Below, in pieces: positions 1 through 8,506 of a stretch of DNA of 55,630 nt (within the stretch, counting starts at the first letter, position 1; each line of letters opens with the position of its first letter). The notes under the pieces are model-generated. The model ran no database searches. It saw nothing but the letters and a program-made list of their open reading frames with translations, and was not told where the DNA came from. Source of the DNA: an uncultured bacterium. GTDB taxonomy: Bacteria > Verrucomicrobiota > Kiritimatiellia > PWTM01. Where the stretch lies: contig CALGXT010000136.1 of NCBI GenBank assembly GCA_937935255.1, positions 1 through 55,630 on the forward strand, given 5' to 3'. The position numbers and the translations under genes were made by a program.

Positions 1-13
1 AGGCCGCGGAAAT

Positions 14-33
14 GGGGTCGCATCTATAAATAT
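14..33 (+). repeat. REP-like repeat family 1 copy (GGGGTCGCATCTATAAATAT), left flank of RAYT gene
   Basis: Exact 20-mer with an AT-rich core in a GC-rich background. Its reverse complement is at 1140-1165 and four more copies lie at 23589-23966. Confidence 0.85.
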
Positions 34-74
34 TATTATTGCAGCGATGGAGCGGATGGGATATTCAAGGGGGT

Positions 75-1115
75 ATGAGCAGGCCCTTGCGCATCTTGAT
101 CGCGGACGGCTGGTATCACGTAACCGCTCGAGGGAACGAGCGGCGGGCGATATTCCGCGAGGACCGGGATCGCACTCGATTTGTCGAGTGCCTCAGCGAG
201 ATGGCGCAACGCTACGCGGTTTGCATTGCCGCCTATGTTCTGATGGATAATCACTATCACCTTTTACTACAGACGCCTCAGGCGAACCTGAGCGCGGCTA
301 TGAAGTGGCTGAACGTGAGCTATACGGTCTGGTTCAACCGACGACATGAACGCGCGGGGCACCTGTTTCAGGGACGGTACTACGCTGTGCTGGTGGAAAG
401 CGAAGGGGGGTGGTTGAGACGCGTGGCGGATTACCTTCATCTGAATCCGGTGAGGATAGCCGCGCTGGGTCTCGGGAAGACGAGGCGTTCGGCAGAGCGC
501 TCCGGCGCGTTGGAAGGGCCGACCCCAGCGCAAGTCGCCGAGCGGTTGAGCGTCCTGCGGTCGCATCGCTGGAGTTCCTATCCGGCATATGCAGGTTACA
601 CACGACCCCCGGAGTGGCTGGCGATGACGGAGATCTTCGAGCGGACGCCCGGCGCCGTAGCGAACCCCCATCGCCGTTACCGGGAGCATCTCGAAGGGCT
701 GCTGAGGCAGGGGATGCCGGAACGCCCCTGGGCGCAACTTCGGGCGCGGCTGGTTTTGGGCTCGGAAAAATTTTGGAGGCAAATCCGAGGAGAGGGCGAC
801 CGGGCGGAGATGACGGCGTTGCGCAAACTGGACCGCCGGACGTCGTGGGAAGAGGTAGTTCGCGCGGTGGAGACGGCGAAAGGGGAAGAGTGGATGGCCT
901 TTCGGGATCGGCACGGGGACTGCGGGCGGGACCTGGCGCTATACGTTGCGCGCCGGCGTTGCGGATTGACGCTCGCCGAGTTGGGGGCGAAGGTCGGCGG
1001 TCTTCGATATAACGCGGTCGCGCAAGCGATACGACTTTTCGGGCAAAAACTCTCCCGCGCCCCTATTCGAACTCTTACCCAAAAAGTCGAATCCCTCCTG
1101 CAAATAAACCCCTGA
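75..1115 (+). CDS. REP-associated tyrosine (Y1, IS200/IS605-like) transposase with C-terminal DnaA-C-like HTH region
   Basis: ORF 39..1115 starts at TTG. The first ATG at 75 gives MSRPLRILIADGWYHVTARGNERR, the usual N-terminus of this family. HUH motif in MDNHYHLLLQTP and a Tyr-bearing HLFQGRYYAV segment. The C-terminal part (GRDLALYVARRRCGLTLAELGAKVGGLRYNAVAQAIRLF) looks like an HTH. The gene is bracketed by inverted repeats. Confidence 0.85.
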   Translation: MSRPLRILIADGWYHVTARGNERRAIFREDRDRTRFVECLSEMAQRYAVCIAAYVLMDNHYHLLLQTPQANLSAAMKWLNVSYTVWFNRRHERAGHLFQGRYYAVLVESEGGWLRRVADYLHLNPVRIAALGLGKTRRSAERSGALEGPTPAQVAERLSVLRSHRWSSYPAYAGYTRPPEWLAMTEIFERTPGAVANPHRRYREHLEGLLRQGMPERPWAQLRARLVLGSEKFWRQIRGEGDRAEMTALRKLDRRTSWEEVVRAVETAKGEEWMAFRDRHGDCGRDLALYVARRRCGLTLAELGAKVGGLRYNAVAQAIRLFGQKLSRAPIRTLTQKVESLLQINP

Positions 1116-1135
1116 CCTCCTTTCAATGTTTCAGC

Positions 1136-3973
1136 TCAAATATTCATATTTATAGATGCGACCCCTTTGGGCGCCTTTGGGCGCAGGGCGAACGCGAGCA
1201 GCAGGAGGAGGACGGCAGCGGCGGCCAGGATTCCAATGCGACCGGGCGTCCAACGCTCGAAAGGCGCGGGCGGGCGCTCGACGTCGGCGGTCGGCCAGGG
1301 CAGCGCGGGCAGCTCCTCGTCCGTTTCCGCCTTCAGGATGGCGGCGACGTGTTCGAGGGTCAAACCCGGCGCGCTCAAATACAGCACATCAAAGTTGTGG
1401 GGCAGCCGCGGCGGGTTGCCGTACACGTCCGCGGCGCGGACACGCGGCGGAAGCCGCCGGAGCACGGCGGCGCCGCGTCCCGTCGGCAACAACACCACCG
1501 TGTTTTCCTCAGCGCCGCGATATTCATGCGCGCAAACGGCATCGGAGATCTCACGCCGTTCCGCGAATTTCTTGCCCTCCAACTGCCAGGCCATGTTCGA
1601 GGTCGCCGGCGCGATTTGCGAGAGCCGACCGTCCACGTTGAGATACCCGTACTCCGCGTTCCAGCGATCCATCGGATGGAAGGTGTAGATGAAGACCTTT
1701 TCGGCGCCCGCGGCGAAATTGGCGAGAAAGTAGCGGACATATTGCGCCGCCTGCGCGCGGGCGCGGTCGCGCCCACGCGCGGGGGGAATCTCACGGTAAA
1801 GGTTGAACACCTCGCTCAATCCGTGGCCGCCTTCGCTGTTCCAGATATGCCGCGTCAGGCCGCGATCCGCGAATGTTTCACGAATGACGCTCAAATCGCG
1901 GTCGAATTGATCGCCGGCCAACCCGTAGGACGCGTTGCCGTAGCGGTGAAACGTCACCCCATCCACATACCGCCCGCCGCCCAGATCGCGAACGGCTTCG
2001 TCGAATTTGCGCTCCGATTCGCCGTAGTGCGGTCCGCTGTTCCAAAAGAGCAATCCGCGGTAGCCGGCGGCCTCCGCGGCGGCGCGCGCTCGGCGATTCA
2101 TCTCGACCAGCACTTCGGGGCGCTCGCGCACCGGCCGGCCGTCTTTGATATCCCCGACGAAAAATCCGGGCAGGAACGGCTCGTTCCAAACCTCGACGGC
2201 GCGCACGACCGCGCCCGCGCGCTCGAGCAGACGCCGGGCATAGGTCTCAAAGGCGTCCATCGCGTCCAGGCGCGGCGCCGCCGCGGTGCGATACCACGAG
2301 TTGGCGCCCTCCCAGTTCGGGCCGACCACGGAATATTTCCTCGGCACGCCGCCCAGATGCGTCAGAATCAGCATTCGTTGTTTTTGGTGCAGCGCGATGG
2401 TTCGATCGGCCTTCTCGAAATTCCACGCGCCCTCGGCGTTTTCCATTTCACTCCAGTTGAAACCGTAGTGCACTCGATTCCAGTTGAAGCCGAGCGCCTT
2501 CGCCATGCGCAGGTCCGTCTCCGTCGCGGCGACGTGCGTTCCGAAAGGCGAATCCGGCGCCTCGCGATCCCAATGGCGCGGACGCCGCACGCGATGCAAC
2601 AGGAGCTCCGCCGAATGGCCCACGGCGCGGCCCTCGGCATCCACCGCCCGCAGCGTGACCAGAAAACTGCCGTAGGCGTCGGTCGGCGGCAGCGCCGCCT
2701 CGAACGTCTGGAACCGCGCATCGGCGCGCAATTCGATCGGCGGCAGCGGGCGCTCCACGCCGTAGAGGTCCAACACGGTTCCTTCGATCCGCGCGGCGCG
2801 ACCCGGCTCCCCGACCACGGCGACCCGATAACCCATCGGCTCGTCGTCGAGGCTCAAACCGTAGTCGCGCGCGGCAACGGCGTGCGTCTCGACCGGGCCG
2901 GCCAACCGGTGCGGCCCAGCTTTCTCCGCGACCTCGACCTGCAGCCCGTCCACCCAGAAGGCGCCCTCGTCGTGCGTTGTGATTCGGGCGAGATAAACGA
3001 AATCGGGCGCCGGCGGCAATGCGACGGAGAACTCGTAGCGCCGCCATTCGTCGCTCAAAGTCACCTGGGTCTGCCACGGTGGTTTGTACAGCGCCTCGGC
3101 GGGCGGGCCCAGGCGCAGAAAAAGGTTCATGCCGGGTTTTTCCGCGCGCGCCCAGAGACTGAGCGAATGCGTCGCGCCGGGTTTGCCGACGAACGGCGCG
3201 GTGATCTGCATCATCGGGCGGCCTTCATAGCGATGGGAGACCAGCCGCAGCGCAGGAAGCCCCGGCGGGCCGGGCGTGGCGGGATCGGGCCGGGCGTGTT
3301 CCGGCGTGGAGCCGTTGGCCCCCACCGCCCAGGGCGCGGTCAGGCCGAGGGGAAAGACGGAAGTCGGGAGCAGGTTTCCGTCGAACGAACGCCCGCCCAG
3401 CGCCGCGTCGAACGGCACATACTCGACGCTCAAGGCGCCGACCTCGAGGGCGCCGGCGGCGTTCATCGAGAACGTCAGCACGGCCGCCGGATCGGCGGCG
3501 GCGACGACGGCGAGCGCCTCGTATTCGCCCCACTCGGGCCGCGCGGCGAACACCGTGCTCCAGTAGCTGCGGTAGGGCGCCCCCCGCTGCCGCAGGATGA
3601 GGCTCACCGTCCGGTTGTCCTCGCTGCGCAGCGCCGCGCGGATGCGAATCGCACGCGCGGGGTCCGCGGCGATGTTCGGGACGCGGAACTGCACGGCGCC
3701 GTTGCGCACGGCTTTGACCTCGACGCGAAGCGCGCGAGATCCGGCGAAGGGATTGATTTCCTGAGGGCGGTAATGCGCCTCGACATCCGCCCAGGCCGAA
3801 TCCTCCTCCCAGCCTTCGGGCAAATGGCCGGTGATCGTCGCGCGCGACGAGGCGATTTCGCGGTACTCGCCCTGCACGGTGAACGCGCGGCGGCTCGCCG
3901 GCGGCGCGTCGGCCGCGTCCGCTAAGGCGGATAAAGCCATCCAGCCGATCATCCCACAAAATAACTTTTTCAT
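1136..3973 (-). CDS. Secreted clan GH-A (TIM-barrel) glycoside hydrolase with two N-terminal CBM-like beta-sandwich modules and a C-terminal hydrophobic anchor
   Basis: ORF 1136..4444 trimmed to the ATG at 3973, which gives signal peptide MKKLFCGMIGWMALSALADA. VEVWNEPF (acid/base-type NEP motif) and IWNSEGG (nucleophile-type) lie in the C-terminal half. C-terminal ILAAAAVLLLLLAFALRPK. The exact GH family cannot be assigned by eye. Confidence 0.8.
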   Translation of the reverse strand: MKKLFCGMIGWMALSALADAADAPPASRRAFTVQGEYREIASSRATITGHLPEGWEEDSAWADVEAHYRPQEINPFAGSRALRVEVKAVRNGAVQFRVPNIAADPARAIRIRAALRSEDNRTVSLILRQRGAPYRSYWSTVFAARPEWGEYEALAVVAAADPAAVLTFSMNAAGALEVGALSVEYVPFDAALGGRSFDGNLLPTSVFPLGLTAPWAVGANGSTPEHARPDPATPGPPGLPALRLVSHRYEGRPMMQITAPFVGKPGATHSLSLWARAEKPGMNLFLRLGPPAEALYKPPWQTQVTLSDEWRRYEFSVALPPAPDFVYLARITTHDEGAFWVDGLQVEVAEKAGPHRLAGPVETHAVAARDYGLSLDDEPMGYRVAVVGEPGRAARIEGTVLDLYGVERPLPPIELRADARFQTFEAALPPTDAYGSFLVTLRAVDAEGRAVGHSAELLLHRVRRPRHWDREAPDSPFGTHVAATETDLRMAKALGFNWNRVHYGFNWSEMENAEGAWNFEKADRTIALHQKQRMLILTHLGGVPRKYSVVGPNWEGANSWYRTAAAPRLDAMDAFETYARRLLERAGAVVRAVEVWNEPFLPGFFVGDIKDGRPVRERPEVLVEMNRRARAAAEAAGYRGLLFWNSGPHYGESERKFDEAVRDLGGGRYVDGVTFHRYGNASYGLAGDQFDRDLSVIRETFADRGLTRHIWNSEGGHGLSEVFNLYREIPPARGRDRARAQAAQYVRYFLANFAAGAEKVFIYTFHPMDRWNAEYGYLNVDGRLSQIAPATSNMAWQLEGKKFAERREISDAVCAHEYRGAEENTVVLLPTGRGAAVLRRLPPRVRAADVYGNPPRLPHNFDVLYLSAPGLTLEHVAAILKAETDEELPALPWPTADVERPPAPFERWTPGRIGILAAAAVLLLLLAFALRPKAPKGVASINMNI
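1140..1165 (-). repeat. REP-like repeat family 1 copy, inverted, right flank of RAYT gene
   Basis: ATATTCATATTTATAGATGCGACCCC is the reverse complement of GGGGTCGCATCTATAAATATGAATAT. It overlaps the last codons and stop of the minus-strand gene 1136..3973. Confidence 0.85.
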
Positions 3974-4045
3974 GGCGTCTCTATGGGCGATTTCAGAACG
4001 CCGCACAAGCGCGAAATCATCGAAAAAACAGCGGGAATCCATGTT

Positions 4046-4092
4046 TTCCAAGCCTTGGAAGCCGGCGGCGTTTCTCCTTCCAAGCCTTGGAA
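4046..4092 (-). promoter_or_regulatory. Pair of 15-bp dyads TTCCAAGCCTTGGAA (4046-4060, 4078-4092), candidate operator upstream of 1136..3973
   Basis: Two identical near-palindromes 32 bp apart, about 70-120 bp upstream of the ATG at 3973. The same pair with the same spacing is at 55319-55365. Confidence 0.45.
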
Positions 4093-4285
4093 AACCGCTT
4101 TGGGCGGCGGGGCGCATCGGGCGACGCCGAGGCCGGCGTAATCGCCGCACGGCGAAAATCGCCCGCCCGCCAATTCGCAGCCCACCCTCGCCCACGCCGC
4201 CACTTTTGGGCGCGATTGCTCCTGGCGAAAAGGCGCCGCGCGCGCGCCGCTTGCGCGCGCTTCCGAAGGACTCTATGCTGGCGGC

Positions 4286-5785
4286 ATGACATCCGCGAGA
4301 CCCAACGTTCTCATTTTCATGACCGACCAGCAGCGGGGCGACACGGCGCTGGATGGCGCGCTCAACCGCGCGCGAACGCCCCGGCTGGACCAATTTCGCC
4401 GGGAGGGGCTGACCTTCACGCAGGCGTATTGCCCATCGCCGCATTGCTGCCCCTCCCGCGCGACCTTCCTATCCGGCCATTACCCCAGCCGGCACGGCGT
4501 GTGGAACAACGTCAACGTGGGGAACGCCTTGAGCCGCGAGCCCCGGCCCGACGTCCCGTTTTGGAGCCGCGCGCTGGCCGAGGCCGGCTACGCGATGCGC
4601 TATAGCGGCAAATGGCATATCAGCGATCATGACGGCCCGAGCGCTTTCGGCTGGAGCGAGGGATTCGTCACCGCCTCGCCGTGCCGTCCGCGCAGCGCCG
4701 CTCCGCAAACGCAGGAGTGGGAGATTTATCGCCGGGGCGATATCCTGCCCTCTGACGGCCTCGGCGGGCCGCGCGCGCCCGGCGAAATCCGCCGGCCGGG
4801 CTATCCCCGTTATGTGCATTTCGGCACGGCGGAAAACTCGTTTCGCGACGGCGATGTGGTGGAGGACGCCGTGGCCGCGCTGCCGGAATTGGCGGCGTGC
4901 GGCCGGCCCTGGTGTCTTTTTGTGGGCACCCTCGGCCCGCACGACCCGTATGTCCCGCCGGCAGCCTTTCTCGATCTGTACGATCCCGCCCAGATTCGGC
5001 GGCCCTCCAATTTCGACGACGACCTTCGCGATCGTCCGGCGCTTTATCGGCGAATGCGACGCATTTTCGAACAGCTTTCACCCGACGAGCATCGCGAGAC
5101 CCTCCGGCGATACCTCGCGTTCTGTTCTTATCAGGACCATCTGTTCGGACGCGTGCTCGACGCTTTGGACGCCGCCGGACAGGCGCGCGAAACGCTGGTC
5201 GTCTATCTCTCCGACCACGGCGATTACATGGGAGATCATGGCCTCTGGTGCAAGGGGTTGCCGTGTTTTCGCCCCGCGTATCATGTGCCGTGCGCGGTTC
5301 GGTGGCCGGCGGGCATCCGCGATCCCGGCCGCGCCGTCGAGGCGATGATTTCCCTCGCGGATTTCGCGCCGACCTTGCTGGAGATCGCCGGCCTGGAGTC
5401 GCCGCCATCGCCGTATGCGAACGCCCCGGGCCGTTCGCTGGCCCCCTTTTTCCGGGATCAAACGCCCCCGGACTGGCGAACCGCCCTGTTCACGCAGACC
5501 AACGGCAATGAGCTCTACGGCATTCAGCGGAGCGTATTCACTACCGACTGGCATTTCACCTGGAATGGTTTCGACGAGGATGAGCTTTACGACCTCCGCC
5601 GCGACCCGGGCGAAACCGTGAACCTGGCGAGGGACTCCGCCTATGCGCCGATCGTCCGCGCCTGTATGCGACGCATTTGGCAGTTTGCGTACGAGCAGGA
5701 TGATGTCTGCGTCAACCCCTACATCGCCGTCGGTCTGGCGCCCCTCGGACCGGGCGCGGCGTTCGAGGCAAGCCGCCCGGACTGA
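4286..5785 (+). CDS. Sulfatase (arylsulfatase family, Cys-type formylglycine motif), no signal peptide
   Basis: N-terminus PNVLIFMTDQQRGD. FGly motif CCPSRATFLSGHYPSRHG. LYLSDHGDYMGDHGLWCKG. The protein starts directly with the conserved core, so no leader peptide is visible. Confidence 0.9.
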   Translation: MTSARPNVLIFMTDQQRGDTALDGALNRARTPRLDQFRREGLTFTQAYCPSPHCCPSRATFLSGHYPSRHGVWNNVNVGNALSREPRPDVPFWSRALAEAGYAMRYSGKWHISDHDGPSAFGWSEGFVTASPCRPRSAAPQTQEWEIYRRGDILPSDGLGGPRAPGEIRRPGYPRYVHFGTAENSFRDGDVVEDAVAALPELAACGRPWCLFVGTLGPHDPYVPPAAFLDLYDPAQIRRPSNFDDDLRDRPALYRRMRRIFEQLSPDEHRETLRRYLAFCSYQDHLFGRVLDALDAAGQARETLVVYLSDHGDYMGDHGLWCKGLPCFRPAYHVPCAVRWPAGIRDPGRAVEAMISLADFAPTLLEIAGLESPPSPYANAPGRSLAPFFRDQTPPDWRTALFTQTNGNELYGIQRSVFTTDWHFTWNGFDEDELYDLRRDPGETVNLARDSAYAPIVRACMRRIWQFAYEQDDVCVNPYIAVGLAPLGPGAAFEASRPD

Positions 5786-6033
5786 TCCTGACACCGGTTG
5801 AAGAAGAAGCGATAGACGAGCGATCAACTCCCGGACCCGCGCGCGGCATGCGCGGGCAATATCTCGGCGGCATTGACCGGTCGGGAAAATTCATCGCCTT
5901 CGTCCCGATCCGCCGCCATTTTTGCGGCGTCAAGCGCCCTCCGCGCGCCCGTGCGCGGAATCCGCCATCGCTTTTCTCGAATCGCGGACGATGTCCGCCT
6001 TCGTTTCAAGCGCTCGGGGAATAAAAGGGCGCA

Positions 6034-6110
6034 TGGCGTACCTGGCAGGAGTTGAACCTGCAACCCCCAGATCCGTAGTCTGGTGCTCTGTCCAATTGAG
6101 CTACAGGTAC
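6034..6110 (-). tRNA. tRNA-Arg (anticodon ACG)
   Basis: Reverse complement folds as a cloverleaf: GTACCTG TA GCTC AATTGGACA GAGC A CCAGA CTACGGA TCTGG GGGTT GCAGG TTCAACT CCTGC CAGGTAC G CCA. 77 nt with encoded CCA. Confidence 0.9.
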
Positions 6111-6308
6111 GCGCGCGACGGCGGACGCGCCGGTGGCGCACTCACCGAATGACGGGGGACTATACCGCGGAGTCCGGTCTGCGCGCAATGCCGGATTTTT
6201 CGCCCGCGCCGACGCCCGGGCTTGCGGAGGCGCGCTGAGGAACCCGTTTCGCGCGCTTGCGCGCAGCGCGCGGCGGGGGTAGGTTTCGCGCCGACGGAAG
6301 TGCGGGCC

Positions 6309-7307
6309 ATGACGCAAAAACCGGACGAAATCACGGGGCAGTGGCGCATCGCGCTCGTGCGCAAACTCGCGCAGGGCGGCATGGGCGCCGTCTATGAGGG
6401 CATCCTCGCGGGCGCCGACGGATTCGAGAAGCGCGTGGCCGTCAAGACGCTGCTGGATCGTTTCACCCGCGACGCCCGGTTCATGGAGCTCTTCGTCGCC
6501 GAGGCCAAGCTCGTCAGCGACCTCGTCCACGAAAACATTGTCCAGATTTATCAGCTCGGGCGTCGCGAGGACGGCGGATACTACATCGTCATGGAATTGG
6601 TCGAGGGCCTGCCGCTGCGGGCGTTTCTCGATCGCCACATTCAACAGCGGCGGCGCATTCCCGGCCCGCTCGCCGTCCACATCGCCAGCCGCATCGCGCG
6701 CGGGCTGGCCTACGCGCATAGCTTCCACGACCGCGCCGGTCGGCGGTTGAATATCGTCCACCGCGACGTTTGTCCGGCGAACATTCTGCTGACCACGGAG
6801 GGGCTGGCCAAGCTGACGGATTTCGGCATCGCCAACGCGCTGGCCATGCCGAAATTCGGGGAGCGGTGGCTGGCCGGCAAGATTCGCTATATGGCGCCCG
6901 AGCAGGCGGCCCGGCAGGCGGTGGACTTCCGGGCCGATCAATACGCGCTCGGCGCGACGCTCTTCGAGCTGCTTTCTCAAACGCCCGTGCGCCCGGACGA
7001 CAGCGATCCGCGCCGCGAGGATTTCACCGCCATCGCGGTTCCCTGGGATCGTCTGCCGGAGGGCACCGATGATGGCGTGATCGAGACGCTGCGCCGCGCG
7101 CTCGATCCCGACCCGGCGCGTCGCTATCCAGACACGAACGAAATGGCCCGCGCGCTGGAGTATTGCATTTATCGCGACGGCTACGGCCCCACCATTCAGA
7201 CGGTGGAAGCCTATCTGCGCCGCTACTTTCCCGATCTCTATTTACGGTCGCCTGCCGGCGCCGGAACGGACGCGCCCCTGGCCGAAACGATTATGGACGA
7301 GCGCTGA
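6309..7307 (+). CDS. Hanks-type Ser/Thr protein kinase (stand-alone kinase domain)
   Basis: Gly loop LAQGGMGAVYEG, VAVKTL, catalytic loop IVHRDVCPANILL, LTDFGIA, YMAPEQ. ORF 6222..7307 trimmed to the first ATG at 6309. Confidence 0.85.
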   Translation: MTQKPDEITGQWRIALVRKLAQGGMGAVYEGILAGADGFEKRVAVKTLLDRFTRDARFMELFVAEAKLVSDLVHENIVQIYQLGRREDGGYYIVMELVEGLPLRAFLDRHIQQRRRIPGPLAVHIASRIARGLAYAHSFHDRAGRRLNIVHRDVCPANILLTTEGLAKLTDFGIANALAMPKFGERWLAGKIRYMAPEQAARQAVDFRADQYALGATLFELLSQTPVRPDDSDPRREDFTAIAVPWDRLPEGTDDGVIETLRRALDPDPARRYPDTNEMARALEYCIYRDGYGPTIQTVEAYLRRYFPDLYLRSPAGAGTDAPLAETIMDER

Positions 7308-7369
7308 TCCGGTTTCGGTGTTTGGGCTTGATTTTTCCCCGGTTCGCCGGGCAAAGATGATCACTCGCA

Positions 7370-8506
7370 ATGAATTCCTGGCAGGATTTTTTTCGTTGGG
7401 AAGTGGCCGGAAACGAACTCTGGCGGGTGACCGGCTTTTTCGGCCTGCTGCTTGTTTTTCTGCTGGCCGCCAAAGTCCTGCGTCAGCAACTGATCCGGGT
7501 CTCCGAAATTCGCCGCAAACAGGGCCAGGTGGTGTGGCCGGCGCTGCTGGGCGCGGTCGGCCGCTCGCTGGCTCTGCTGTCCTGGGCCGTCGGCCTGATC
7601 CAGGCGCTTCGTTTTCTCGTCATTCCGGAGCGACTGGCGGGGCCCATCCGCGCCGCAACCGGCGTTTTCGTCACCGCCGCGGTCGGCTACCTGGCCTATT
7701 GCCTGGTGGATGTGGTCGAGGCCGCGATGAAACGGCGCGCGGAGCGCACGGAGAACCGCCTGGACGATTTGCTCGTGCTGATGACGCGGAAGAGCCTGCG
7801 CGCGACCATCGTCGCGCTGGCCATACTGCAATCCATCCAAATGCTCTCCGACAAGCCGCTGGCCTCCATCCTTGCGGGGCTCGGCGTCGGCAGCCTCGCG
7901 GTCGCGCTCGCCGGCCAGGACACGATCAAGAACTTTTTCGGTTCGATCGTCATCCTCGCCGATAAACCGTTCGAGCTGGGCCAGATCGTCACGGTGGAAG
8001 GACATACCGGCGTGGTGGAATCGGTCGGAATGCGCTCGACGCGGCTGCGCACCTTCGAGGGCCAGTTGATCGCCTATCCGAACGGCGAGCTTTCCAACCG
8101 CGCGATCGTGAATATCAGCCGCCGCCCGTTCATTCGGCGGACGTTGAATATCGGCATCCCCTATGACACGCCGCCGGCGAAAGTGCGGCGGGCGCTGGAG
8201 ATCGTCCGCGAGCTGCTCGCCAACCACGAGGGCATGAATCCCGACCGGCCGCCGCGGGTGTTCTTCAACGAATTCAACGCCGCTTCGCTGAACCTGCTGA
8301 TCATTTACTGGTATCACCCGCCGGACTTTTTCGCGGCGCTCGCCTTCGCCGAGAAGTTCAATCTCGCGCTGCTCGAGCGCTTCGCCGCCGAGGGCATCGA
8401 TTTCGCGTTTCCGACGCAGACGCTCTTTCTCGCGGGCGATCCCAAGCGCGCGCTGTCGCTTTCCCTTCCCGGCGCGGAGCGCGGCGCGTCGTTGGAGAAC
8501 GCATGA
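7370..8506 (+). CDS. Mechanosensitive ion channel, MscS family
   Basis: N-terminal TM helices followed by LAGQDTIKNFFGSIVILADKPFELGQIVTVEGHTGVVESVGMRSTRLRTFEGQLIAYPNGELSN, the typical MscS TM3 plus beta domain. Confidence 0.85.
   Translation: MNSWQDFFRWEVAGNELWRVTGFFGLLLVFLLAAKVLRQQLIRVSEIRRKQGQVVWPALLGAVGRSLALLSWAVGLIQALRFLVIPERLAGPIRAATGVFVTAAVGYLAYCLVDVVEAAMKRRAERTENRLDDLLVLMTRKSLRATIVALAILQSIQMLSDKPLASILAGLGVGSLAVALAGQDTIKNFFGSIVILADKPFELGQIVTVEGHTGVVESVGMRSTRLRTFEGQLIAYPNGELSNRAIVNISRRPFIRRTLNIGIPYDTPPAKVRRALEIVRELLANHEGMNPDRPPRVFFNEFNAASLNLLIIYWYHPPDFFAALAFAEKFNLALLERFAAEGIDFAFPTQTLFLAGDPKRALSLSLPGAERGASLENA

Noticed and set aside
1349-3925. 858-aa plus-strand ORF. Similar very long ORFs occur at 8944..11781, 15..16 kb, 19453..20928, 25511..27418, 36031..37317, 41024..42526, 43395..46717, 46660..49863 and 51042..53138.
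   Set aside because: Each lies antisense to, or out of frame with, a gene that has clear family motifs. Their translations are Arg/Ala/Gly/Pro-rich low-complexity strings with no recognisable motifs. This is the usual shadow-ORF effect of stop-codon-poor GC-rich DNA.
5786-6308. tRNA-Arg as a possible integration site for a genomic island.
   Set aside because: There is no integrase gene, no duplicated copy of the tRNA 3' end and no compositional shift on either side of the tRNA.
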